DNA of 64,000 bases from NCBI GenBank assembly GCA_034780895.1, contig JAUZTB010000070.1, positions 15,486,103-15,550,102 of the forward strand, read 5' to 3'. Source of the stretch: Rhynchobatus australiae. Lineage: Eukaryota. This document shows positions 24,501-36,500 of the stretch, piece by piece. The notes below the pieces were generated by a model. The model did no database searches. It was not told the origin of the DNA and saw nothing but the letters and a program-made list of their open reading frames with translations. Positions within the stretch are counted from its first letter, which is position 1. Each line of letters opens with the position of its first letter. The translations under genes were made by a program, and so were the position numbers.

Positions 24501-27500
24501 GATGCTCAACTAGTTTTAGCTTATTGGGAACAGGAAATCCTATTCCCATTTTAAGTATTGTCACTAGGAATGGGATTGGCATCTATCCCGACCCACTGTT
24601 GCACTCTTGTATAAATCCCATTTTCAATGCTTCTACCTGATGTTGAGACAATGCCAGATCCAGGTTTCTGGAAAAAATGTCCTTTTCCTCTTCTCAGCTC
24701 TGAGCAGAAAGAAATTAGCTTTATATTAGTGGAGAGCAGAACATCAATGGCATCTCGCGGGACAGAATTTCTCCCAGTCACCCAAAGAATCCCACCTACT
24801 CTACACCATGACCAGCACCAACTCTCCCAGCTGTCTCTAGTTTCCTGGAGCGCCATAATGTATCTTCCACGAGGTACTCCTCCTGGCCTCAGTCATCAGC
24901 CTGTGGGTTGAAGTCCAGACCAAGCAAAAAACCTCAGGCAACCTTCCCAGTGCAGCACTGAAGGAGTGCAGCACTGCCAGAGGTGCCAGTCTTTCAATGA
25001 GATGTCTGACTAAGGTTACTACAAAAAGGCACAATTGTAAAACTACACAGCACAGGGCACCATTGACTGATCATATCTATGCTGGATCTCTGAAGAACCC
25101 CTTCACTTATTGGACTCCCCTAAACCTTGTCTCCTTTTACCCCATTCTTAACTCCTTCAATTTAGGCACAGTAGAGGAGGAATTTCTGGCTCTAAATATA
25201 TTTGTGATCATCAGCCGTTGTCTGTATTCACCACTGCATTACTGGAACCAAGCATGAAGATGACAGATACTCCAGTGGCAGAAACTTGTGAATAATTCCA
25301 TACGACATAGAAGGAGGCCATTCAGCCCACTGAATCTCTGACAACCAGAGAGCAATCCCATTCCTTCACTAAATTTCCCTGTAATCTATTCTCCCTACAT
25401 TCCCATCAATTCTACCGCCCTCCTCTGCTAGGGGCAATTTGGAGTGACCAATTAACCTGCCAACCCATGCACTTTTGTGGGAGACCCCCACACAATCGCA
25501 GGGAGAACGTGCAAAATCCACACAGATAGCACTGGAGGTCACGACTGAACCCGAGTTGCTGGAGCTGTGAGACAGCAGCTCTATTAGATGCCTCACTCTG
25601 CCAGGCATGTTAATGGCAGCAACCAAAATGTCCTGCTAGTACTATGGTCCCATTGAGGCCGAAACTTAGTTACACCAAGGGGTGTTGGACTAACTCATGG
25701 TCAGCATTTGATCCTTAAAGGACCAGCTGCAGTTTTACAATGCAGGATTAACCCCTTCAAGTAAACAGTAAGGGTAAAACGTAGAGAGTTCCTCTTACCT
25801 GGGGCTGATCCTTGGCTGTAGGGCTGCCACCAGGGTGCCAGTGTGAGGCTGGAAGCCAGGCACGGCCTCGTCAGTGTACAACCCCCCATTCTGTCTGTGA
25901 TTCAGACTCACCACATCTGTCATGACCACCAGGCCTGTTTCCTAGGTAACCAGGGAAGCAGACACAGATCAAAGAATCAGTCTTGGGTAGAGGAGCAGAA
26001 TAACACCCAATGTTCACGAGCAATACTGTCAGTATCTGTGGGACCTGTGCCCCAGTGTGAATCAGTGTCAGGGGAATCTGATTTGCAATGAGAGCTGGTG
26101 TCTGTGGGAACATTACCCAGTGAGATTCAGTATCTGGAGAACCTATCCCAGTGAATCAGTATCTGGGGGATCCAACCCAATAGCATTCAGTTTCTGGGGA
26201 ACCCCATATCCAAATGAGAGCCAGTGTCAAGTGGAGAGAAGAATGCAGGTTGGAAACAGAACACGGGAGTAGCAATGAGATGGTGCTTACACTGAAGGCG
26301 AAGTGGGCATCCTTGGTGATATCCCAGTGCCAAGGGAACACAGATGATCTCCGTCTTCGTGATGACAGACCCGGCCACCAAAAGTGACCATCCTCCTTCG
26401 GAATTCCAAAAGCGTCTGAAACATCATAATCGGCCAATTCCTGAAAAATCTGGAGAATGAGTGGACACAGTGAAAGGTTGGCTGATAGTCAGGAAACCCT
26501 GGCTATTCCCGTACATAAACGCTGCAGGACAGTAAATGAGTGACACTCCCTGGCCCAGCACAGATCCCAGTTACTCAGCACCAGGCAGCTCCCAGCTGTG
26601 ACATCCACCACCAAAAGCCCTTGCTACTGGAGTGACACCACTGGACATCACATGCTCAGACTTCATGAGACTGACTCTATAGGATTAGAATTATACCACT
26701 CTGAGAAGATCTGGGTACCAAGCGTTAGGAGGTATATATTGGCCTGAAGAGGCACACCTTAAATTTACCAGAATGAGACTCAGACTCATGACATGGGCAT
26801 CACTGACAAGGCTAACATTTACTGCGCATCCCTAATTGCCCTTGAACCCAGTGACTTGGTGGGGTATTTCAGAAAGAAATTAAGACACAGCCACTTTGCT
26901 GGTCTGGAGACAACATATGGGTCAGAGCAAGTATGGACATCAGACTTCCTTCTCAAAAGGGCATTAAAGAACCAAATGGATTTTGGTGATAATTCAGTGG
27001 TCAACATCACTTTGTATCGTAGGTTATTTAATTAAACAAGTTTCAATTCCACATCATCTGGGGTGGGATTTGAACACTCAACTCCAGAACAATAATTCAG
27101 AGCTCTGAGGCCGGTAATTTAACCACTGTGCTGCAGACCTAGTGCTGTTTTCGCTAGAATCTGTATGGCTACGGAAAGATTTAATTGAAGTCTTCAAGAC
27201 AGTAAGGGGGAAAGATGGCATGGGTGGAGATGCAAGAGCTGAATTAGCTCCTGGTTCTTTGTGTAGCTTTAGAGGCAAGCCAGCCATCCTTCTCTCTCAC
27301 ACATACACAGGGGCACACGCCTGCACGCACACATCCCCAACCGCACACTTAGGTCTGTCAAACAGCACTGGGCTGACTCACAGCTGTGACACCAGTCACT
27401 GTAGCAGCAGCTGCAGAGCAGAAAATGAGTTGGCTGTTGCTGGGAACTGGAATATAAGAGATGGCTGGTGCCCCTAGTCACAATAATCTGAACACGGGGA

Positions 27501-30500
27501 ACCAAAATCAACCAGTGTTTCCATTCCTCAACTCCAGTGATGAATCCAGAAAGAAAGTGCAAAGAATGGATAAGAAGACTGGGGCCAGCTGTGCCACCTT
27601 TCATGGTCAGCCTGAGGGAGGTGAAGGAATTGATGGAGACGGCTGGATCAAAGGAACACAAATCTTTATTTTATCCCATTCCCAGGAACAGAGACTTCCC
27701 AAAATAGGTTGGTGATTTGGGATTCAGGTGCAGCAAAGGCACGGATAAAGTTCTTGTCAGCCCCCACTCAGAGACATTGCGTTCAGTCTTGTAGATGAAC
27801 CTCAAAGGAGATTGGAGCAGTTTTAAGGACCACAGCTCAGGATTGCCAGAATACCAGTCAATTGGAGGGGATTAAAACATGAAGGCAAATTGCACAGACT
27901 GGGCTTGGATGGTGTCTGCTAGTGAAGATTGGGGCAAGCTGATCAAGGGGTTTAAAATGATTAAAGGATGTTAAAATATTAGATGGAGACAAAGTATTCC
28001 CAATGGCAGAGGAGTCCAGAAATCTTCCCACTGGTGGAGGTATATAGAAAAAGGAGGCACAGCCATAAATAGACCCAGACTGTTCAGGGGTGATATTACT
28101 TTTGATCATTTTTCAGGATGTGACTATCACTGGAAAGGCCAGCATTTATTGCCCATTCATAACTGCCCTTGAAAAGGCACCTTCTGGAACTGCTACAGTT
28201 ATGGTGAAAGTATTTCCATAGTGCTGATGATTAGAGCATTTCAAGATTTAAACCCAGTGACAGTGAAGGAACGGTGATACATTTCCAAGTCAAGAAGGTA
28301 TCCCACTGGGAGGAGGACCTGTAGGACATGGCGTTTCCATCCGCCTGCTTCCCTTGACTGTGTGTGGTAGAGATCGCAGGTTTGTGAGGTGCCATTGGAG
28401 AAGCCCAGGTGAACATTTTGTAGATGGTGTGCACTGCACCTACAGTGCATCAACAGTGGAGGAAATGAATGCTCAGGATAGTGAATGGGTGCCAGTCAAA
28501 TGGGCTACTTTGTGGGTGGAAATCCAAGCTCTCTCCCCAAGAAAGACTGTTAAGGCTGGGGGTCAACTGAGGGTTTCACACTGGAGCTGAATAGATTTTT
28601 ATGGTTGAGGGATTTAAGTTTTATGGAACCAAAGGGAATAAAAGAAGTTAAGGTACAGAATACTCTGGCCCAAATAAATAATAGATCAGTCTGAAGGGTG
28701 GAATGACCACCTCCTGTTGCTGCAGTTCAGGGAGAAATGTCAGTGAGGGAGGGCAGGCTGTGACTACCTTGTCAGTTGTGAGCTGGAAGCCAGGTTTCAG
28801 CAGGTACACACTCTTATCCACAGTTGCAACGCAAACACACGATCGTGCCTCGCCCTTCACCGCCACACTGATGAGGTCGCCAGGCATTGTTTTGTTGGAG
28901 GAGAGTGAAATCGATACCTGGACATTTAACCGGAAAGGAACACATACAATAGTTATGAATCCGGCACATTTAACGCACCCCACCCCAACACTCCACTGCA
29001 CCCCCAAAATGATTGGAGGACTTTCGCAGCTCAGGGTATCAGGCAGGCTCCTGGGGTTGCAGAGGGCCAATTTTAAAATTCTCAATCTTGTTTCCAAATC
29101 CCACCAAGGTTCTTACTCACCTTCCCATCTCGGAAATCCCTGCTATCTTTAAAATGTCCTTCTCCCAATTCTGGATATTACTGTATCTCTACTGGCAGCA
29201 AAACCTTTAGCTGCCTGGGTCCTAAACTGTGGAGTTTCCCCTCTTAAACCTCTGCATCTCTCTACCTTGCTTCCCCTTTAAAACCCTCCTTTAACCCACC
29301 ACCCTAACTATGTCATTGTGGTTCAGCACAGAAACAGGCCCACTTGCTCAGCTCCCTAAAGTGTAGCTCAGTGTCAAATTTTGTTTGGTGACACTGCACA
29401 GCAGCTTGGGAGCTTTTACATTGTTATAGATGATGTACAAATGCAGACTGATGTTGTTGCTAACCCACCTTGTTCTCATAGGATGGCTGAACTGGAATTT
29501 GGATGCTGTCGGTGATGCCCTCACCGTTTTCTCGCACATAGTACAGGAGCAGGCGGCTGAGTGGGCTCATGTCGTGCGTGACCGTGAAGTGCAAGTAGGT
29601 CGTGCACACGCCAACCTCACTGGCTGGAGACGTGGATCGCTCTGAGGAGAAAGCAGGAGCTTTAACCCTGTTCATCGGATTCCCCTTCCCTCTATCTGAC
29701 CACAGTATCCAACCATCCCTCCCTCCGACTATACATCTGTGCAATCTCCACTCCATCTACCTGATCTTCCCCCTGTCCTATCACCTTTCTCATCTAATTC
29801 TCCTTCCCTTTCACCGTCCGTAGATCTGATTCTTCCTTCCTCTGGCTGATCCTCCCTCCCTCTGTTCATTCACTTCCTCTGACCCACTCTCCCTCTGTCT
29901 AACCCTCACCCTGTCTGATTCTCTCTCCCTCCCTGTCTGGTCTTTTGACCACCCATTCATCCAGCTCTCTGTGTCCAGCCCTTGCCCCACCCCTCACTCT
30001 GTCCAATCTTCCATCCTGTCTCCTAACCCTTCCTCCATCCAGCTGATACTGCCCCTTGCCCTCTGCCTGGCTCTCACTCTGACTCACGGTTCTGCGGGAT
30101 CTGTGACGACTGTTTCTTCTTGTCGAAGGTGACGGTGGCCCTCTTACTGCGCTGCTGGGTTATGCTGGCCGGCTGTACCCCTGTCCTCACGATGTTGCCC
30201 CGCGAGGCGATCTCAAAGTGTAACGCAAACTCACAGGGGCAAGTAGATTTCACTGGAATCCAGGCCTCCTCACCCACCTGGAGAAGTCAGAGATGAAAGA
30301 GCTTCATGAGACACGGCGGATCGAGGCTGTCAATGACCCCACCCACAGGGGGCAGCTGGTCTCGGCAGGCTTTGCTAGTCAAACAGCAGGAAATGCCACA
30401 ATTGGCCTCAGCTCATCAGGCTCCAGAGAGAAATTCAGCTACATTCCTGTTCTGGTTCATGGTCCATGTGATGGAAAGATGTGCGATCCTGCTCAGCTGT

Positions 30501-33500
30501 GCAGTGGTGCAATCAGGGAAAGTGGGCCCAGGAATATTCATTAATGGCCTGGCTTGGGTATGCAGGGAATCACTTCAAAGTTGGTAAATTAACCAAAAAT
30601 CGGAAATATAATGAACAATGACCAGAAACACAAGAGAATTCAGGAGAACAGCAACTGCTTGATGAATGAACAGCCACATGGGTGACTAAATTAGAAATAT
30701 GAAGCGATTTATTTTAGTAGGAAGAATGACAGACAACATAAACTAAATGTACAATTTTAAAATGGGTCAAAGAATAGAAAGAGCTGGGGTTTTGTTACTA
30801 AAGTCTTTGAAGGTGACTGTTCAGCTTGAGAAAGGTGATTAAAAATGAACCTTCTTGACCCTATGCCTTCTGAAAGGTACCTACTTGTTATGAAGTTATG
30901 CTAAACCTTTATCAAACATTGGTTAGGTTTCAGCCAAAGGATCACATTCAGTTCTGGACAACAAATGTTGGGAATGATGTTGAACCCTTGGAGAGGATGC
31001 AGAGATGATTTACCTGAACATTCTGTGGAATGTGGAGAGACCACGGAAGTTTGGATNNNNNNNNNNNNNNNNNNNNNNNNNNNNNNNNNNNNNNNNNTTA
31101 AGGGGAGATTTAACAAGGTGTTGAAAATAATGAAAGGTTTTGGCAGAGCAATTAATGAGAAATTGTTTCCACAGGCAAGAGAGTTTGTGACCAAGGAACA
31201 CAAATTTAAGGCGATCAGATAAGAGACCTGGGGGGTTGTTTTGATTACGAATGCACCATCTAAAAAAGAGCAGGGGAATTTTCAAAGGGAACTGGATAAG
31301 TACTTGACAAAGAAAAATCCTCAGAGCTCAAGGGAAAGAACAAGGGAGTGGGACAACCAGGAAAGCTCCTTCAGAGAGGCAGCACAGATTCAATGGGCTG
31401 AATAAATCCCTTGCAGGGTGAGTATTATAATAACCAAGTCTGTGTTATTTGCAGGTGTTAATCTGTAGCTGAACGTTAGCTGAAGAGACTGACTGTAGTT
31501 TCCAGATGCTCTGCAATGTTCTTTGACTCTGGCAGTGAGAAAGGGAAAATGAAACGCTGCAGGGCACAATACCTCACCTGGAGAGCTCGCTCTGGCCCTT
31601 GCAGCTGAATATGGCACTTGCTTGGTGAATACCAGCTGCTAATAGACAGGTAGCTAGGGAGATACTGGTCACCAGCCGGGGTTCCATTGATAGCCGTCAC
31701 CTTAGTCTGAGAAAGAGCAAGAATATCATTAGTAATANNNNNNNNNNNNNNNNNNNNNNNNNNNNCAAACACTGGCTGAAGCCCACACCCTTTCTCATTG
31801 ATATCCCATTAGGTGAAAGGAATGAGAGGTGGAAAGAGACATTTCCAATTGCTCTCTATTGTCATGGTCTATTGTGTCAACTCTTGAGTGAGCAACCACG
31901 TGCACGAATATCCCATCCAGCTGCATATGTCCGTGTCTTCACACAAATTCCAATGTGTTTGTACGAGCATGAATGTTAATACACATATTTCTATGTGTAC
32001 ACATTTGTTATATGTGTGTGTGCATGAGGGAGAACATGGGGGAAGTATGAATATTTGTGTGTATGCATGCTTGTGAGAATGCATGTTCATGTGTCAATAA
32101 GTGTATGTGTAAATAAATGCATGCATGTGTAAATATATATGTGAGAGCATGTGTGCATGCATAAATACATATGTAAAAGCACATGTGCATGTGTAAATCT
32201 GCATATGCAGATGTGTAAATGTGTGTGCATGCAAGCAAATGTTTGAGAGTATTAATGTATGAAGGTGCAAGTGGCAGTGTGTGTGTGTGTGTGTGTGTGC
32301 GCGCACATATGTATGAGAATAAGGCTTCTCAGTGTCCTCCCCTCCAGTTTCTCTCACCCACGTAGTATCTTTCTCTCCTCACCTCCAGCCAGACATACTG
32401 AGCAGCGGTGGGGATGGATGGAATCTCAAACTCCACCTTGCTGTCCTCAGACACCAATTCACTCGTGTAGACGTTGTCCTTTGGCGTGAGCTCAGCTTTG
32501 ATCCGCACAGTGATGCCATTTGCAGGACTTCCATCAGGATAGGTAACCTCCACCTAAAGAAACAATATAAAAAACACAGGGACTGACAATATTGGAATTT
32601 CAGTCAACACTAAAGAACCAGGGGAGAGATTCCCAGGATTTGGCTCTTATTTCTGCAGCACCTTTTATGAAGTAAACTATCCCAAAGCCCTTTGCCAAAG
32701 AGATCTTCAAATAAAGATTGACACCAAGCCCTAGAAGGAGACATTACAACAGGTGACCAAGAGCATGTTCAAAGGGCTTGGTTTAGAAGAGCATCTTAAA
32801 GGAGAGAAGTACAAGGACAGGATGATGTATCAGACCCAGGATTGCCCAGTCTTCCAGGCCCAAGATACCCTGCCAGGTTGGGGTTGCACCAGTGTTCCAG
32901 AACTCAAGATGGTGCGCCAGGTCCTGTAGAGCCTTAGGTGCCCAGTTTTCCAGGCCCTGGATGTTGCACCAGGCCTAGGATAGGGGAGAGGAGGGAGTGT
33001 GCACCGAAAGGATTGGGGGGGGGGGGTGTCACTATGAAATTCTTCATGCCTGGAATTGAACTGCTGATGGATTGGGATTATATGGTGCTGTCCAGAGATT
33101 TGGGAGGCTTGATGAGAAGGGTTCTCCATGCCCCGGAGGTTCCCCAGTATTCCAGCATTACCTTTCCCTTGTAGGGAAGGCCTGGTTTGAACTGCTTGCG
33201 AGTGTCCTTGGAATACTTGATGTCGATGAGCTGCTTGTGAACCGGGGTTGAATCGTCAAAGGTGATCTGTGTGCTACCGTCACCACTCGACACCGAGGCC
33301 CAGATGTTGAGTGAGCCTCGGAAATGTTCCGGAACATCCACAGGCATCATTTCCTTGACACAAATGGGGAAGGAGGCCGAGCCGTCGATCTGCAGGGTTG
33401 GAAGAGGCTCATTTTCAGAGGAAGAATGAGGAAGGCAATATGAACAGAATGCTACAACTCAAGAGAGCGTACCATTAGTAAATGTGTGAACTTGGCAGGA

Positions 33501-36500
33501 CACATCAAAAAACATTTTAGCAATATTGAACTTCATTAGACAGGAGAATAAATGCACAGTACCTATGCTAAGTCTTTGTAAAACACTGGATAGATATCAG
33601 CTCTGTGCCTACCATGGAAGTGTTTGGCAGGACAGTGTATACGGAGCTTTATTCCATATCTAACCCATGCTTATCTGTCCTGGAAGTGTTTGACAGGACA
33701 GTGCAGAGGGAGTTACAATGTATTCTGCCTGACTGTCCCTGCCCTGGGAGTGACAGCATAGGGGGAGCTTCACTATATCTAACCCATGCTATCTCTTCCC
33801 TATGTGTAATGGGACAGTGTAGGAGGAACTTTACCCTGTATTAACCCATGCTGTCCCTACCCTGGGAGTATGTCATGGGAGTGACTGTATCCAACCTATA
33901 TTGTTCCCACCTCAGTGTAAATGGAGTTTTGTATCTAAGCCGTGCTGATCCTGTCCAGTTTGATGGGACAATGTAGAGGGAGCATAACTCTGTATCTAAC
34001 CCCTGTTATCCCTGCCCTGGATGTATTTACTGAATGTTGAAATGAGAGTTGATTCAGTCTATAAGACTAATATTTCCCCAGTCAATAAATTGATCTCAGC
34101 ATCCAGAGATTCCGTACCTCCATGATCTTCACCACAGGGTGTCCCAGTTCGTGCCTGTAGTAACCCACTCCATTCACTGTCATGTTCACTGTCAGCTTCC
34201 CCAATACTGGTTTACCAAACGTGTACCTCAAGAGAATGAGAGAAAGAGAGAGAGTGCACAAAGAGGAAGTGGTCTGGCATAGGCACACACACAGTTAACC
34301 ACTTCTCCTGAAGTCAGCCTATCTTCCCACCCAATACCTTTAATGAAGATCTCCAAATCAATGTTGTTTTCAAGTACATAGCAAGGCTTTGGTGGAGAAT
34401 TAACTCATTGCCCCATCCAACATTCAAAGAAACACAATTACCCACAATGATTTTATTCCCAGATTATTCCCTGATAAAGTTTTGAAGCCTTCGCTCCAAT
34501 CTGTTCCCTAATGCCCCTGTTTAATAGCGCACAGAGGGTACAGAGTCTTCAAGCAGGTTTCCTTCTAATTTGTTCCCATAGACAGATGCCCACCCTTCCT
34601 CTGATGGATCGGGTCAAGGACACTACTGTCTAGACTGGCCTTCAATGAATCTCTCCACTGCTGGGGGAAGTCCTGAATGTGGAGGCAGAATCTTGAAGTC
34701 AGGCCATTCAGTAGGATATCAGGAAGCACTTCTTCAAAGGGCAGTGGAAATCTGGAAGTCTCTCCCCAGAGGCCAAGCTCAACTGGAGATCTCAAGACAA
34801 CAGTGGATGTTATTTTGTTGTGCAGGGGAAACCAAAGACTGTGAAACACTGATAGACAAATGGAGTTGGTGACCCAGATTGGCTCGGATTTACTAGGGCT
34901 GAATAACTTCCTCCTACTGATATGCTGGGTGCTGCTGCAGGCTCAGTCTGTTCCAATCTACACCGGACAGCAGTTGGCCTCTGAGCTTGATGAAGGAGTG
35001 AGGGGTGGATTGGACCAAGATGTTCCAATTGATAGCAATCCACAGTGACTCCATTCCACACATCCTAGAGTGGGTATTAACATAAAGGTTTCATTCATTG
35101 GAATTGTCTGGGATGTTCACCGAATCCCCTTACATCAGACTCAAATAGTTAGATAGCACGTAATTAAAAAAAGAATACTTGTACATCCAGAAAACTAGCT
35201 GGGTCTAAGAAATAGATTTTTGTATATCAGCAGAACATTTACTTTGTGTAAGATTTCTTTTTATCCACTCCCCAACCCTCCTCTGTTTCCACCACTTCCT
35301 AAGCTGCCACTTGGTTCAGTTAGCAGGGCTAAAGTCTCCCTGAGATAACCAGGCTTTGAGCTCCACAGAGCAGCTTACGATTAATGCAGTCCATCTGCAT
35401 CAGAGTTTGGTTTCCTCTTTGGTTTTGTGCAGGGGTGGGGCTGTCCTTTCATCACACCCTGTTCCATATGTCCAGGCTCACTGGTATGCATCAGAGGCAG
35501 CCACTGAGGTCAGATTGGAAACGTCTCCCCAACTGACAAGCAGGAGCAAAGTTTCTGTAACTTTTAGGCCCTTGGCTGCTGGTGCCGTGAAGTTCGGGTT
35601 CTGAATGTGGAAGGTGTTTGCGTGGTCTGAGATCATAGAGCTGTTGGTAGGAAATGAAGGCTTACTGAGGAGCTGACACATATCCTTGGAGTGGAGAAGT
35701 CAAAGGTCCTGGACACCTTTACCTCAGGCTGTGTGCTGAGAGGCTCCAGTAAGGCAGCTATTTCCCGGGAGGAAGAGTAGCTTACCTGGCATGGACAGTT
35801 CCCTCCTCGCACTTGCTCAGGTCCTGGATGTACTTGGGAGGATCAATAGTGAGCTCAAACTTTGGTAGCACTACATGCAAGAAGAAAGATGCTTATTATG
35901 GTCACATGGCTAAAACATCAATGCTAAGGTAAGATAAGATAACTTTATTAGTCACATGTACATCGAAACACACAGTGAAATGCATCTTTTGCATACAGTG
36001 TTGTGCGGGCAGGCTGCAAGTGTTGCCACACTTCTGGCACCAACATAGCATGCCCACAACTTCCTCTCCAGTAAAAATACATCAACCACTCTGGGTGAAG
36101 GAGCCTGTACACAAGCTGGAAAGGAACATTCAGTAGAAATCACAGAATGATACGGCATAAGAGACCACTCGGCCCATTGTGTTTGAGCTGGGTCTTTGAA
36201 TGAATTCTCCAGTCACTGTCACTCCCCTTCCAACTCTGCAGATTTTTCCTCTTCAAGTATTTATCCAACGCCCTGTTGAAAGTTCCTGTTGAAACTGTTT
36301 CCACCGTTCTTTTAGACAGTGCATTTCAGATCATAACAAATGACTGCAAAAATATTTCTCCTCATCTTCTGTGATCTTTTGCCAATTTTAAATCTGTGTA
36401 CTCTGGTTACTAACCTCCTGCTAGTGGAAAACATTTTGCTTTATTTACTCTGCCAGAACACTCTCAGAATTGCCAATACCACGNNNNNNNNNNTTATGAG

